Assembly: GCA_964403165.1 (NCBI GenBank)
Contig: CAYOFL010000002.1
Span: forward strand, 5,139 to 69,138
Reading direction: 5' to 3'
Source of the DNA: an uncultured Ignavibacteria bacterium
GTDB taxonomy: Bacteria; Zixibacteria; MSB-5A5; SM1-73
DNA: 64,000 nucleotides
Below are positions 1-9,862 of this stretch, piece by piece. How positions within the stretch are numbered: the first letter of the stretch is position 1; each line of letters starts with the position of its first letter. The translations under genes and the position numbers were made by a program. The notes beneath the pieces are model-generated. The model ran no database searches. It saw nothing but the letters and a program-made list of their open reading frames with translations, and was not told the origin of the DNA.

Positions 1-71
1 GTTTATAAAACTCCACCATTTTGCCCCGAAAAATCAGTGAACTAAAACAGAGCATACAAGATATTTTTCTG

Positions 72-2492
72 TTATCTTCTCAGAGTGGCACCAAAGCTTT
101 TTCCCAGCTCCGAGATCACCTTTCGGTGAGTTTCATCCACCTCCTCTTCTGTTAATGTTTTTTCCTTTAAGCGGTAGCAGATAGCGTATGCTAAGCTTTT
201 TTTGCCGGCAGGCACCTGTCTACCTTTATACACATCAAATAAAGTAACCTCCTCTACCATGCTTCCTCCCACTTCTTTTATTTTATCCCCGATCACCTCA
301 GAAGGTAGCGTCTCATCCACCACCACTGCCACGTCCCGATCCACTGGAGGGAATTTGGGTAGAGAAAAAAACTGCTTTTTTGGAGGCACCCGGGCGGAAA
401 GTCTCTCAAAATCCAGCTCGGTTAAGAAGACACTGTCTTTGATTCCGAAAGCATCCAAAATCTCCTCGGACGCCTCACCCAGAAGTCCAATCTTTTCGTC
501 TCCCATCTGAACATGGAAACATCTTTCTGCCCGTAAAAAAGCATTTCCGCCGGGATTTAGCTCAAATGAAAGTTGAAGATGATCAGACAACCCCTTCAGT
601 ATCCCTTTGAGATCGAAAAGATCTGTCTGTGTCTCTTCAGTTCCCCAATGCCGGGGTTCTCTGTTTCCAGAGATAGCTATGCCCAGATGAAACCTCTCCT
701 CTGGCAACTGGTCTTTTGGAGCCTGTAAATTCCTGTTGGCTGAAAACACCTTTCCCAGTTCAAATATCCTCAAATTTTTCTCCTGCCGGTTTTTATTCCG
801 GCTCACCACCGAAAGGAGATTGTAAGCCAGTGTGGTGGAGAGAACAGAGAGGTCCTGGCTCAAAGGATTTCTTATGCGCACCTGGGCAACATCAGGATTC
901 AATTTGGTCAGCATCTCAGGGTCCACCAGATTGTTGGTGATCACCTCAAAGAATCCTCTTCCCACCAGGAATTCTTTGATCCTTCGGGAGACCTCATCCT
1001 TCCGGTGTATCTTTGTGACCAGATCACCCCCGGCTCTCAAGGTGGTCTTTATATTATCGTAACCATAGATACGAGCTATCTCCTCCACTAAATCGATCTC
1101 CCGGGTCAGATCAGGTCTGAAGGTGGGAATCCCCACCTCCAGATCACCCTTCTCCCCGCCTTCGGCGGGATTTCCAACTTTGACCGAAAGCTCCAGACCG
1201 GTCAATATGCTTTTTATCTGTCGAGGTTGAAGATCGGTGCTCAAGATTCTATTAACCCGCTGCGGTCTTAAAGTTATTTGAACCGGATGGATGGGGGAAG
1301 GATAGCTATCCACCACACCCTTTAATACTTTACCAGAAGCTAAGTTCTCTAAAAGCTCAGCCGCACGATCGATGGCTTTCACCACTCCATTGGGATCGGC
1401 TCCTCTTTCGAATCTCTGAGACGATTCGCTGGATATGCCCAAAAATATCCGTCCTCTCCGGATAATTTTCGGATCAAAATAGGCGCTTTCCAAAAGAATA
1501 GTTCGAGTGCTCGGACCCACCTCGCTTTCCGAACCTCCCATTATTCCGGCAATAGCCACAGGCTTTTTCCCGTCGGTGATAAGCAAGACTTCCCGATTTA
1601 AGGTTCGTTCGACATCATCCAAGGTGATAAATTTCTCTCTTTCTTCTGCTCTTCTGATAACCACCTTCTTTTGTTTGAAGAGATTATAATCAAAAGCGTG
1701 CAGTGGATGCCCCAGCTCCAGCATCACCAAATTGGTTATATCCACCACATTGTTTATGGGACGCATCCCGGCTGATTGCAGTTTTCTTTTCAGCCAGAAG
1801 GGGGATTCGGTTATCTTGACATCTTCAATCACCCGAGCCGCATACCGGGGACAGGCTTGGGGATCTTGAATTTCCACCTGAACCCGATTTTGAGCCATTT
1901 CGGCTATTTCGTGTAAATTTACCCCACTCTCTTTTAGCTGACTTTTACACAAAGCCGCCACCTCTCTGGCAACTCCCCTGATGGAAAGACAATCAGGTCG
2001 ATTGGGGGTAAGGTCAATGTCCAGGATAAAATCCTCCAAATTAAGTGCTGAGGTGAGCGACCCTCCCACCTTAAGATCCGCATCCAGAATCATGATCCCC
2101 TCCTCATCCTCCCCAATGTCCAGTTCCTTCTCTGAGCAGATCATGCCATAAGAATCCACACCCTTCAAAGTATTTTTGGTGATCTGAATTCCTCCGGGTA
2201 GCTTGGCATCGATTAAAGCCACTGGGACTTTGGCACCTTCGGTTACGTTTGGAGCACCGCACACCATCTGAAGGCTCTCCGATCCGACCGCCACCTCACA
2301 CACGGACAGCTTATCTGTCTGTGGATGTCTGGACACCTTCTTTATCTGTCCCACCACCACCTTATCCAAATCCTTGCCTATTGGTGTGATGGTCTCTACC
2401 TCCAGACCGGCATCGGTAAGTCGGGAAGCTAACTTTTCAACTGAGAGGTCAAAATCAACAAATTCTTTGAGCCATCTGAAGCTTATTTTCAT
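72..2492 (-). CDS. pheT: phenylalanine--tRNA ligase beta subunit
   Basis: 806-aa ORF with an N-terminal tRNA-binding fold, a B3/4-type motif (RPDCLSIRGVAREVAA) and a C-terminal FDX-ACB-like end. It starts 1 nt after the pheS stop. Confidence 0.95.
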   Translation of the reverse strand: MKISFRWLKEFVDFDLSVEKLASRLTDAGLEVETITPIGKDLDKVVVGQIKKVSRHPQTDKLSVCEVAVGSESLQMVCGAPNVTEGAKVPVALIDAKLPGGIQITKNTLKGVDSYGMICSEKELDIGEDEEGIMILDADLKVGGSLTSALNLEDFILDIDLTPNRPDCLSIRGVAREVAALCKSQLKESGVNLHEIAEMAQNRVQVEIQDPQACPRYAARVIEDVKITESPFWLKRKLQSAGMRPINNVVDITNLVMLELGHPLHAFDYNLFKQKKVVIRRAEEREKFITLDDVERTLNREVLLITDGKKPVAIAGIMGGSESEVGPSTRTILLESAYFDPKIIRRGRIFLGISSESSQRFERGADPNGVVKAIDRAAELLENLASGKVLKGVVDSYPSPIHPVQITLRPQRVNRILSTDLQPRQIKSILTGLELSVKVGNPAEGGEKGDLEVGIPTFRPDLTREIDLVEEIARIYGYDNIKTTLRAGGDLVTKIHRKDEVSRRIKEFLVGRGFFEVITNNLVDPEMLTKLNPDVAQVRIRNPLSQDLSVLSTTLAYNLLSVVSRNKNRQEKNLRIFELGKVFSANRNLQAPKDQLPEERFHLGIAISGNREPRHWGTEETQTDLFDLKGILKGLSDHLQLSFELNPGGNAFLRAERCFHVQMGDEKIGLLGEASEEILDAFGIKDSVFLTELDFERLSARVPPKKQFFSLPKFPPVDRDVAVVVDETLPSEVIGDKIKEVGGSMVEEVTLFDVYKGRQVPAGKKSLAYAICYRLKEKTLTEEEVDETHRKVISELGKSFGATLRR

Positions 2493-2493
2493 T

Positions 2494-3531
2494 TCAAAAT
2501 TGCCTCAAAAATCTAATATCATTTTCATAGAAGAGCCGGATATCGTCAATCCCATATTTTAACATGGCAATTCGCTCTACTCCCATGCCGAAAGCATAGC
2601 CTGAATAGATTTCTGGATCATAGCCCACCGCTTTGTAAACTTCCGGATCTATCATGCCCGCCCCCAAAATCTCCAGCCATCCTCTGTGCTTGCACACACT
2701 ACAACCCTTTCCTCCGCAGATCACACAGGAGATGTCCACCTCGGCTGAAGGCTCGGTGAATGGGAAGAAGCTGGCTCTGAATCTTAAAGTCACATCCTTG
2801 CCGAACAACTCCCACACAAAGGCAGAGAGAACCCCTTTGAGGTCGGCAAAGGTGACATCGGTGTCCACATAAAATCCTTCCACCTGATGAAAGGTGCAAA
2901 AGCTTCGAGCGTTGATGGCTTCATTTCGATAACATCTTCCCGGAGCGATGATCCTCACCGGAGGTTTTCTTTTCTCAAACACTCTCAACTGAACCGGGGA
3001 GGTATGCGTGCGGAGAAGGAGATCACCTTTTATATAGAAGGTATCCTGCATGTCTCTGGCCGGATGGTCGGGGGCAAAGTTAAGGGCGGAGAAGTTGTAA
3101 TAGTCTGTCTCCACATCCGGTCCTTTGGCTACCTCAAACCCCATTCCATAGAAAATCCTTATTATCTCCTCATTAACTTGAGTGAGGGGATGTAATCTCC
3201 CCTCCCATCCTTTCCTTCCGGGCAGGGTATAATCGAAAAATTCCTTTCCCTTCTTTTGGACAGCCTCTCGCTCCTTTAGCTCTTTTGTCCTCTTTAACAA
3301 AAACTCCTCCACCTCACTTTTGATTTGATTGGAGAGTCTGCCTAAAGTCGGACGCTCCTCTTCTGATAAATCTTTTAAGCTTTTCAGAAGGGAGGTGATG
3401 ATCCCCTTCCTTCCTAAATATTTAATTCTTATCTGTTCCAATCCCTCAAGCTTGTTAGTTTGCTCTATCGTCAAAAAAGCTTCCTTTTGTGCCTGCTTGA
3501 GGGACTGTTGAAATTTAGTCACGCTTAACAT
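2494..3531 (-). CDS. pheS: phenylalanine--tRNA ligase alpha subunit
   Basis: 345 aa with class II aaRS motifs (HPARDMQDTFY, FRASFFPFTEPSAEVD, GMGVERIAML). Adjacent to pheT. Confidence 0.96.
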   Translation of the reverse strand: MLSVTKFQQSLKQAQKEAFLTIEQTNKLEGLEQIRIKYLGRKGIITSLLKSLKDLSEEERPTLGRLSNQIKSEVEEFLLKRTKELKEREAVQKKGKEFFDYTLPGRKGWEGRLHPLTQVNEEIIRIFYGMGFEVAKGPDVETDYYNFSALNFAPDHPARDMQDTFYIKGDLLLRTHTSPVQLRVFEKRKPPVRIIAPGRCYRNEAINARSFCTFHQVEGFYVDTDVTFADLKGVLSAFVWELFGKDVTLRFRASFFPFTEPSAEVDISCVICGGKGCSVCKHRGWLEILGAGMIDPEVYKAVGYDPEIYSGYAFGMGVERIAMLKYGIDDIRLFYENDIRFLRQF

Positions 3532-3540
3532 AATTTAAGT

Positions 3541-3604
3541 CGTAGGGACAGCCCTTGTGGCTGTCCTCATTAGGGTTAGGACAGGGACAAGCCTTGTCCC
3601 TACG
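3541..3604. repeat. GC-hairpin repeat module (GTAGGGACA family)
   Basis: cgtagggaca...tgtccctacg closes two inner hairpins (ggacagcc/ggctgtcc and gggaca/tgtccc). The same word family occurs at 19241-19350. Confidence 0.7.
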
Positions 3605-3729
3605 CTACGTTTCTGGCACCAAATGACTTCTTTTCAGGAGACTGGAATTTTGGAATACTCCGGAAGTGGACTACAAGGACCACCCCAAGCATCTATGAAA
3701 AGTTATTCGAGAATTCTTGACTTTGTTTT

Positions 3730-4089
3730 TTAACCGGCTTTGGATTTTGAAGCCAGCTCAGCTAATTTGGCGAAGCCCTCTTTGTCTCGAACTGCCATAT
3801 CTGCCAGAATTTTGCGATCTAAGACCACCCCCGTCCTTTTCAAACCATTGATAAAAAGGCTATATGAGAGCCCAGAAAGTCTGGCCGCGGCATTGATCCG
3901 CACTATCCAGAGTCGACGAAAATCTCTTTTCCTTCTTCTTCTATGCGCATAGGCGTATGCCAATCCTCGTTGCACTGACTCTTTGGCAGTGCGGTAGAGT
4001 TTACTTCTGCCTCCATAATATCCTTTGGCGGCTTTCAGAATTTTTTTTCTTCTTGCTCGTGAAGCGACTGTATTTGTTGCTCTGGACAT
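3730..4089 (-). CDS. rplT: 50S ribosomal protein L20
   Basis: 119 aa, basic, with the typical L20 N-terminus ([24 protein letters not shown]). Confidence 0.95.
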   Translation of the reverse strand: MSRATNTVASRARRKKILKAAKGYYGGRSKLYRTAKESVQRGLAYAYAHRRRRKRDFRRLWIVRINAAARLSGLSYSLFINGLKRTGVVLDRKILADMAVRDKEGFAKLAELASKSKAG

Positions 4090-4100
4090 CAGAACCCTCC

Positions 4101-4295
4101 TTAGCTGGCCAGTAGTCTTCTTACCTTATTTTTATCAGCTTTATCCACCAATCCCGCCTTCCTCAAGCTTCTTTTTCTTTTAGTGCTCTTCTTGCTTAAA
4201 AGATGTCCTCTGAAGGCTTTGTTTCTTTTGAACTTTCCCCCACCTGTCCGTTTGAATCTTTTGGCGGCGCCTCTGTTTGTCTTCATCTTAGGCAA
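4101..4295 (-). CDS. rpmI: 50S ribosomal protein L35
   Basis: 64 aa starting [24 protein letters not shown]. Sits between infC and rplT. Confidence 0.95.
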   Translation of the reverse strand: MPKMKTNRGAAKRFKRTGGGKFKRNKAFRGHLLSKKSTKRKRSLRKAGLVDKADKNKVRRLLAS

Positions 4296-4395
4296 TTAAC
4301 TGTCCCTCCATCTTACTTGGGTGTTTAATGTTATACATCAAGCTACTGCATTAAGTTGTTGAAACCACAAAAGTTACGCCACTATGTTTGAGATA

Positions 4396-4938
4396 TCATG
4401 ATGTCGTCGAACTTTTGTCCTGCATCTTAGGCATAAAAGTCAAGGTCAGAATTCGACCCTCCATTTTGGGTCTGGGACCTGGTTCTCCCACCTCAGAAAG
4501 GTCAACTTTCAGTTTATCTAAAATCTTTTGCCCGAACTCCATATGGGCTCTTTCCCGCCCCTTGAACACCACCAGAATCTTCACCTTGTTACCCTGGGTC
4601 AGAAACTCCCGGATATGCCTCATCTTGAACGTGTAGTCATGCTTCTCGGTTTTGGGTCTGAAGCGCATCTCCTTCATTTGTAAGAAACGCTGCTTTTTCT
4701 TGGCGTCTTTTGCTTTTTTAGTAAGTTCATATTTGTATTTTCCATAATCCATTATCTTACAAACGGGCGGTCTGGCTTGCGGAGAAACCTCCACCAGATC
4801 ATACCCTTTCTCTGCCGCTAACTTGATAGCGTCTCTGGTGGGCATGATTCCTATCTGTTCGCCACCCTCTCCGATAACCCTGACCTGGGAAAAACGAATT
4901 CTCCGATTAACCCTGATCTCCTTAGGTCTTATTGGAAT
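4396..4938 (-). CDS. infC: translation initiation factor IF-3, with a non-canonical ATT start
   Basis: The ORF-track Met (4845) truncates the protein. The frame stays open back to a TGA at 4939-4941 and reads IPIRPKEIRVNRRIRFSQVRVIGEGGEQIGIM..., a typical IF-3 N-terminus. ATT at 4938-4936 follows GGAGGTG. Confidence 0.85.
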   Translation of the reverse strand: MPIRPKEIRVNRRIRFSQVRVIGEGGEQIGIMPTRDAIKLAAEKGYDLVEVSPQARPPVCKIMDYGKYKYELTKKAKDAKKKQRFLQMKEMRFRPKTEKHDYTFKMRHIREFLTQGNKVKILVVFKGRERAHMEFGQKILDKLKVDLSEVGEPGPRPKMEGRILTLTFMPKMQDKSSTTS

Positions 4939-5055
4939 TCACCTCCTTTCTTCTCTCTTTGTCTTTGCTGAGAGGAGTTTTCATCCTCAAAAGATTTTGG
5001 GCCCAGAAAAAGTGCCAAGTTTTGAGAGTTTGCTCTAAAGATTTTCTCATCTTTG

Positions 5056-6993
5056 CTAGAAAGGTATGGGTTCTACAGCTTTATTCTTTACCTCCTCTTT
5101 CAACTTCTGGATGGTCTTATCTAAGTCGAACCGACCCAAATCTCCTCTTTTGTGTCTTCTTACTGAAACGTTTTTTTCCTGAACCTCCTTTTTGCCCACA
5201 ATAAACATATACGGTATTTTTTCCTTTTCTGCCTCTCTTATTTTATAGTTTATCTTTTCGTTTCTATCGTCCAACTCCACCCGAAAGCCTTCTTCTTTTA
5301 GCCTACCTTCTATTTCGGCAGAATACGAATTTTGCTCGTCGGTGATGGGCATCACCCTAACCTGCACTGGAGAAAGCCATAAGGGGAATGCCCCCCCGTA
5401 ATGCTCAATTAGCACTCCAAAGAATCGCTCCAGCGACCCCAACAAAGCCCGATGAATCATGATGGGTCGATGAAAGTTCCCATCTGAATCCACAAAGGTT
5501 AGATCAAATCTCTCCGGGATATTGAAATCAAATTGTATGGTGGTGCATTGATGTGATCTTCCCATCACATCTTCGATTTTCAAATCGATTTTGGGACCAT
5601 AGAAGGCACCACCCCCTTCATCCACTTCGAACTTTAGATTTTGCTTTTCCAAAGCCCTTCTCAGAGCATCTTGTGCTTTTTCCCAGTTTTGTTCTTCTCC
5701 GATGGATTTCTCCGGTTGGGTGGACAAGAATATCTGATATTTCTCAAAGCCCAGGGTTTTCAGCATGGAGGTTGAGAAATCTAAAAGTTTGATGACCTCC
5801 TCCTCCAGTTGCTCCGGCTTGCAGAATATATGAGCATCGTCCATGGTAAAACCCCTAACCCGAAATAGTCCCTGTAACACGCCGGATCGCTCATACCGAT
5901 AGCACGCACCCAACTCAGCCAGTTTAAGGGGTAGGTCTCTATAACTTCTGAGCTTGGATTTATAGATTAAGATGTGAAAGGGACAATTCATAGGCTTTAG
6001 CTGGTATTCCTCATCCTCCACCCGCATGGTTGAATACATGTTCTCCTGATAAAATCCGGTGTGCCCACTTTTCTCCCACAGATGCAGTCGAGCAATGTGA
6101 GGAGTGTAGATCAACTGATAACCATGCTTCTGATGTTCCTCCACCCAGTAGTCCTCGATGATCTTCCGAATCTGTGCTCCTTTGGGATGCCACAATACCA
6201 AGCCGGGTCCCACCTCATCCGAAATCGAAAAAAGCTCCAACTCCTTTCCCACCACTCGATGGTCTCTTCGTTTCATCTCCTCGATTCTTTTTAAGAATTG
6301 GTTTAGTTCTTCTTTTGTGGGGAAGGAGATACCGTATATCCGCTGAAGCATAGGATTTTTCTCAGAGCCTCTCCAATACGCTCCAGCCACACTTAAAAGC
6401 TTAAAGCTTTTGATCACCCCGGTGGAGGGAACATGTGGTCCCCGACAAAGATCCACAAAATCATCATGCTCATACAAAACCACTTTGTCCTCATCTAGCT
6501 CGGAAAGTATCTCTAATTTATAATTCTCCCCCTTTTGTCTAAAAATCTGCTCAGCTTCCGATTTGCTAAGTTCTTTCCTCTTGAAAGAATGATTTTCCTT
6601 CACGATTTCTTTCATTCTTTTTTCAATTCGTGCCAAGTCTTCAGGTTCGAATGGCTTCTGCGTATCAAAGTCGTAGTAGAATCCATCCTTGATCGGAGGT
6701 CCGATGGCTAATTTCACCCCAGGAAAAAGCTCCTGCACTGCCTGAGCCATGACATGTGAAGTGCTGTGCCAGAAGACCCCTTTCCCCTCTTCAGAGTCAA
6801 AGGTGATTATCTTGATATCTGAATCCTTTTGCACCTTTTCAGACAAATCCGCCACACTGCCATTTAGAAATGCGGCAAGTGCATCCTTAGCCAAAGATGA
6901 GTTGAAATCCCGCAATATCTGAGAGATCGTCATCCCAACTGGATATTTCTTTTTTGATCCGTCAGGTAGAACCACCGATACTTCATCTGCCAT
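5056..6993 (-). CDS. thrS: threonine--tRNA ligase
   Basis: TGS N-terminus, editing domain, class II core and anticodon-binding domain. I prefer the ATG at 6993 (MADEV...) because AAGGAG lies 6 nt upstream; the track start at 7017 is a TTG. Confidence 0.93.
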   Translation of the reverse strand: MADEVSVVLPDGSKKKYPVGMTISQILRDFNSSLAKDALAAFLNGSVADLSEKVQKDSDIKIITFDSEEGKGVFWHSTSHVMAQAVQELFPGVKLAIGPPIKDGFYYDFDTQKPFEPEDLARIEKRMKEIVKENHSFKRKELSKSEAEQIFRQKGENYKLEILSELDEDKVVLYEHDDFVDLCRGPHVPSTGVIKSFKLLSVAGAYWRGSEKNPMLQRIYGISFPTKEELNQFLKRIEEMKRRDHRVVGKELELFSISDEVGPGLVLWHPKGAQIRKIIEDYWVEEHQKHGYQLIYTPHIARLHLWEKSGHTGFYQENMYSTMRVEDEEYQLKPMNCPFHILIYKSKLRSYRDLPLKLAELGACYRYERSGVLQGLFRVRGFTMDDAHIFCKPEQLEEEVIKLLDFSTSMLKTLGFEKYQIFLSTQPEKSIGEEQNWEKAQDALRRALEKQNLKFEVDEGGGAFYGPKIDLKIEDVMGRSHQCTTIQFDFNIPERFDLTFVDSDGNFHRPIMIHRALLGSLERFFGVLIEHYGGAFPLWLSPVQVRVMPITDEQNSYSAEIEGRLKEEGFRVELDDRNEKINYKIREAEKEKIPYMFIVGKKEVQEKNVSVRRHKRGDLGRFDLDKTIQKLKEEVKNKAVEPIPF

Positions 6994-7022
6994 GAACTTC
7001 TCCTTCTGGAGTGTCAAGCTTT

Positions 7023-7130
7023 AGGGGTGTTGAAAAACCCCTCTTATTCGTGCGGGAATTGGATTTTTCCGCCTCTGGCGGAATCCCGGTGACCCGCACG
7101 AAAGTGGTTCGGGAATTCCAATTCCCGAAC
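7023..7130. repeat. Cluster of nested GC hairpins upstream of thrS
   Basis: Three hairpins: agggg..cccct; cgtgcggg[..ttccgcctctggcggaa..]cccgcacg; gttcgggaattccaattcccgaac. The ttccgcctctggcggaatcc module recurs at 21078. Confidence 0.7.
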
Positions 7131-7333
7131 CAACTTAACCTTTTAGATTCTCATCGCAACTAACCCCATTACCTAATTAGTTGGCTCTTTCAATAGTCCC
7201 TTTAGCTTGACCTGTTTTATCCTGTGTATCCTGCAGGAAAACTCTGTTCCGCAGAATTCCCTGCATGTTGCTATAAAAAATTACCCCATACCTTTTGGGG
7301 TGCGGCTCTCCTCTGTGCTTGACCATCAACCGA

Positions 7334-7389
7334 TCACTGTTGACTGTATACTGTATACTGTATACTGCTTACTGTTTACTGCTTACTGT
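7334..7389. repeat. Heptanucleotide tandem repeat, 8 units (NNACTGY)
   Basis: Units read tcactgt tgactgt atactgt atactgt atactgc ttactgt ttactgc ttactgt. Confidence 0.9.
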
Positions 7390-7392
7390 TTC

Positions 7393-7459
7393 TGGTGGGC
7401 GATACTGGAATCGAACCAGTGACCCTCCCCCGCCTATGGCGGGGGATACTCTAACCAAC
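7393..7459 (-). pseudogene. tRNA-Val remnant (3' two-thirds, anticodon arm replaced)
   Basis: 7393-7425 is identical to the acceptor-3'/T-arm of the tRNA at 7502-7578, and 7447-7459 matches its D-arm. The anticodon arm is replaced by cccccgcc-tatg-gcggggg, and there is no 5' acceptor strand. Confidence 0.75.
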
Positions 7460-7501
7460 AAAAGGTTTAGAGCTTGATCCCAGTATAACTGCCCTGTTAA
7501 A

Positions 7502-7578
7502 TGGTGGGCGATACTGGAATCGAACCAGTGACCCCTTGCATGTCAAGCAAGTACTCTAACCAACTGAGCTAATCGCCC
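7502..7578 (-). tRNA. tRNA-Val (anticodon GAC), CCA encoded
   Basis: The reverse complement is GGGCGATTAGCTCAGTTGGTTAGAGTACTTGCTTGACATGCAAGGGGTCACTGGTTCGATTCCAGTATCGCCCACCA. It folds as a 77-nt cloverleaf with anticodon loop TTGACAT. Confidence 0.93.
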
Positions 7579-7881
7579 AACAAAAAAATCAAGAGTTTAC
7601 GATTGAAGTCTCTTTGTGTTCTTTAACCTAAGCTTTTGATTTGTAATCTCAAGCCAAATCTAATATATTTCTTTACGAATCTTTTGTCAAGATTTTATTA
7701 CGAGGGCTTTAGAAAAAGTCAAATTTGAATTAGCAAATCTGGAGTGCCTGCCTTTAGAGCTTGCCTTCCCATGACTTCTGCAGATTATCGCTATAAAAAC
7801 ATAAATCTACGTTTTTTCAATAAGATAGAGTTTCAGTATCTTTTGGTTCAGATAAAATCCTTAACAGTATGCTGATTACTA

Positions 7882-8169
7882 TTAGATTCCGAACAAATCC
7901 ATAAGTCTATCTGCGATCTTTTTGTAAACCTCCCGGCTATCGTAGTCTCCGTTTTGTTTTTTCTTTTTTGCCTCTTCTACCTTTTCTTTTCGAATTGCTG
8001 GTGAATCACCAGAAAGAACAGCTTTCCTCTTTGAGATACGATTGTCTCCTTGACATTTTGATTGTTCTAAGATGCGATCTATCTTCTTCCCGTTCTTTTT
8101 CTTAAAGGACGATGAATCAGGATTTTTCTTTTTATTCTCAAATTCTTCTTTTTCACTGAAGGATAACAT
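7882..8169 (-). CDS. flgM: anti-sigma-28 factor FlgM-like protein
   Basis: 95 aa, K/E-rich and probably disordered. The C-terminus IRKEKVEEAKKKKQNGDYDSREVYKKIADRLMDLF resembles the FlgM sigma-28-binding helix region. fliA is also in this window. Confidence 0.6.
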   Translation of the reverse strand: MLSFSEKEEFENKKKNPDSSSFKKKNGKKIDRILEQSKCQGDNRISKRKAVLSGDSPAIRKEKVEEAKKKKQNGDYDSREVYKKIADRLMDLFGI

Positions 8170-8531
8170 TCTCTTTTCTCCTGTGCAAACATTTGCACAT
8201 CATCTCCACCCGAACTCCTTTAGCTAACATACTGTCTGGCATGATGATCTGCCGCTCCACCCAACTTCATGGAGATTGAATCGCACACCTGTTGCTATCT
8301 TTGACCAACATATCGTTGGACACTTTTGTCAATCTTCCTCTATTAATTGTATCGACCTGGAGGCGTTAAACTTTATAGTCCGAATTTACAGGATGGGTTT
8401 TAAGACAGGGAAAATGGAGTAAATAGCTGAAATGTCAGCCAATGGGGTTTTTTAATATCAAGCAAGCTTTAGGGCGAAGAAGCTCAACTTCGTGCTTTTT
8501 TAGAGCTTCTATACGGTATCTGATAATTCCT

Positions 8532-9686
8532 TTAGGAATGTTTGGGGAGACTAAGAAAGGATGTTTTTTTATCTTTTTGAACCATCTGCCAAACAAATTC
8601 ATTATAGAGGTGCCATGGACAATCCTTGATATGGCAGTCATTTTCTCTTAGGTGCTCAACTGCCCTTCTGTGCTCAGGACCGAACCAGAGCCTATCTGCT
8701 GGCTGAGCGAAGATGTTGCCAAAAGAGGTGATCTCAGGACGATGATCAAAATGATAGCAAGGGTAAACATTGCCCGAAGGATTTATGACCAGATGGATAG
8801 GTGAAAGCCAGCATCCCCCTCGAAACTTTCCGGTTTCAACTTCCCCATATACTTCAAACGGATGGTAACTATTCCTCAGCTCCTCTATTAGTGTATTCGC
8901 CTCTCTTCTCTGTTCTGAAAGCAGGCCATCGAATGTTTTACAATTGATCCGGAACTGGATATAATCCAACCCCACATCCCTGACCAGACAGATCATCTGC
9001 TCCATGAAATTCATGTTAGCTTGGCATAATCGAACTTCAGCTCCCACCATCAAATCCACCTTTTTTCTTTCTCTTTCAGAGACGATCCTTTCCAGATTGC
9101 CTAAAACCTTCTGAAATTCCCTCGGGCCTGGAGGATGATGAATCCGATTATAAACCTCATCATTGTTGGCATCTAAATTCACTCTCAAAAAGGAAAAATC
9201 CTCCACCACAAGGTCGACGACTTCTGTGGTAAATGAGGCGGCATTGCTCAAAAGGCTCAACCCGAACTTTTCTTTTATGCACATCTGCGAGAATTTATCG
9301 AATTCCGGATGTAGCGTAGGCTCTCCTCCTCCAGCGAGATCAATGAATTCAACCTTCAAGGAATGCAAGCTATCAAGGAGTTTTGAAAAGCTGTTTGAGT
9401 CCATGAAGACATTTTCTTTTTTGCCACCGCTTCCATATAGGCAACCAGAACAGTTGTGATTGCATGTGTAAGAGAGACAGACTCTGGCTATGACAGGATA
9501 GGGAATGCTTCCCTTCGAGATTGTTTTTGCCCCGGGCAAAATCCTTCCTATCATTGCTTTCTCAAAAGAAGAAAACTTCACCTTCTGGCTTGGTTGGTGG
9601 ATGCGTCTCTCCAAAGAGAAGGTAGCTACCTCTTTCAGTCTTGCTTCTTTTTCAGCATCTATCCCCAGATAATCTTTAATTTTCAA
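8532..9686 (-). CDS. radical SAM protein with a Cys-rich (SPASM-like) C-terminus
   Basis: CX3CX2C motif (CNHNCSGC), a GGGEP motif, and C-terminal Cys clusters (GNVYPCYHF, CHIKDCPWH). TTG start preceded by AGGAGG. Confidence 0.8.
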   Translation of the reverse strand: MKIKDYLGIDAEKEARLKEVATFSLERRIHQPSQKVKFSSFEKAMIGRILPGAKTISKGSIPYPVIARVCLSYTCNHNCSGCLYGSGGKKENVFMDSNSFSKLLDSLHSLKVEFIDLAGGGEPTLHPEFDKFSQMCIKEKFGLSLLSNAASFTTEVVDLVVEDFSFLRVNLDANNDEVYNRIHHPPGPREFQKVLGNLERIVSERERKKVDLMVGAEVRLCQANMNFMEQMICLVRDVGLDYIQFRINCKTFDGLLSEQRREANTLIEELRNSYHPFEVYGEVETGKFRGGCWLSPIHLVINPSGNVYPCYHFDHRPEITSFGNIFAQPADRLWFGPEHRRAVEHLRENDCHIKDCPWHLYNEFVWQMVQKDKKTSFLSLPKHS

Positions 9687-9733
9687 AAAACGTCCTCCTG
9701 GTTAAAATATGGGGGAACAGGTGAAGATCAACG

Positions 9734-9761
9734 AAGGTTTAAGGTTTAAGGTCTAAGGTTT
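9734..9761. repeat. Heptanucleotide tandem repeat, 4 units (AAGGTYT)
   Basis: Units read aaggttt aaggttt aaggtct aaggttt, between fliW and the radical SAM gene. Confidence 0.9.
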
Positions 9762-9862
9762 CTTGTGAAGATGGTTGTGTTAAGAGACTGTGATTGTTAT
9801 ACAGAAGATTATCTCAAGCCGGCACCTTTAGGTTCTTCTTCGGTGCGCTAACAATTAGCCAC

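Noticed and set aside
7018-7200. T-box or tRNA-mimic operator upstream of thrS (likewise 3532-3729 upstream of pheS)
   Set aside because: The hairpins there are members of the dispersed repeat families, sharing modules with 21078 and 19241. I could not identify a specifier or T-box sequence.
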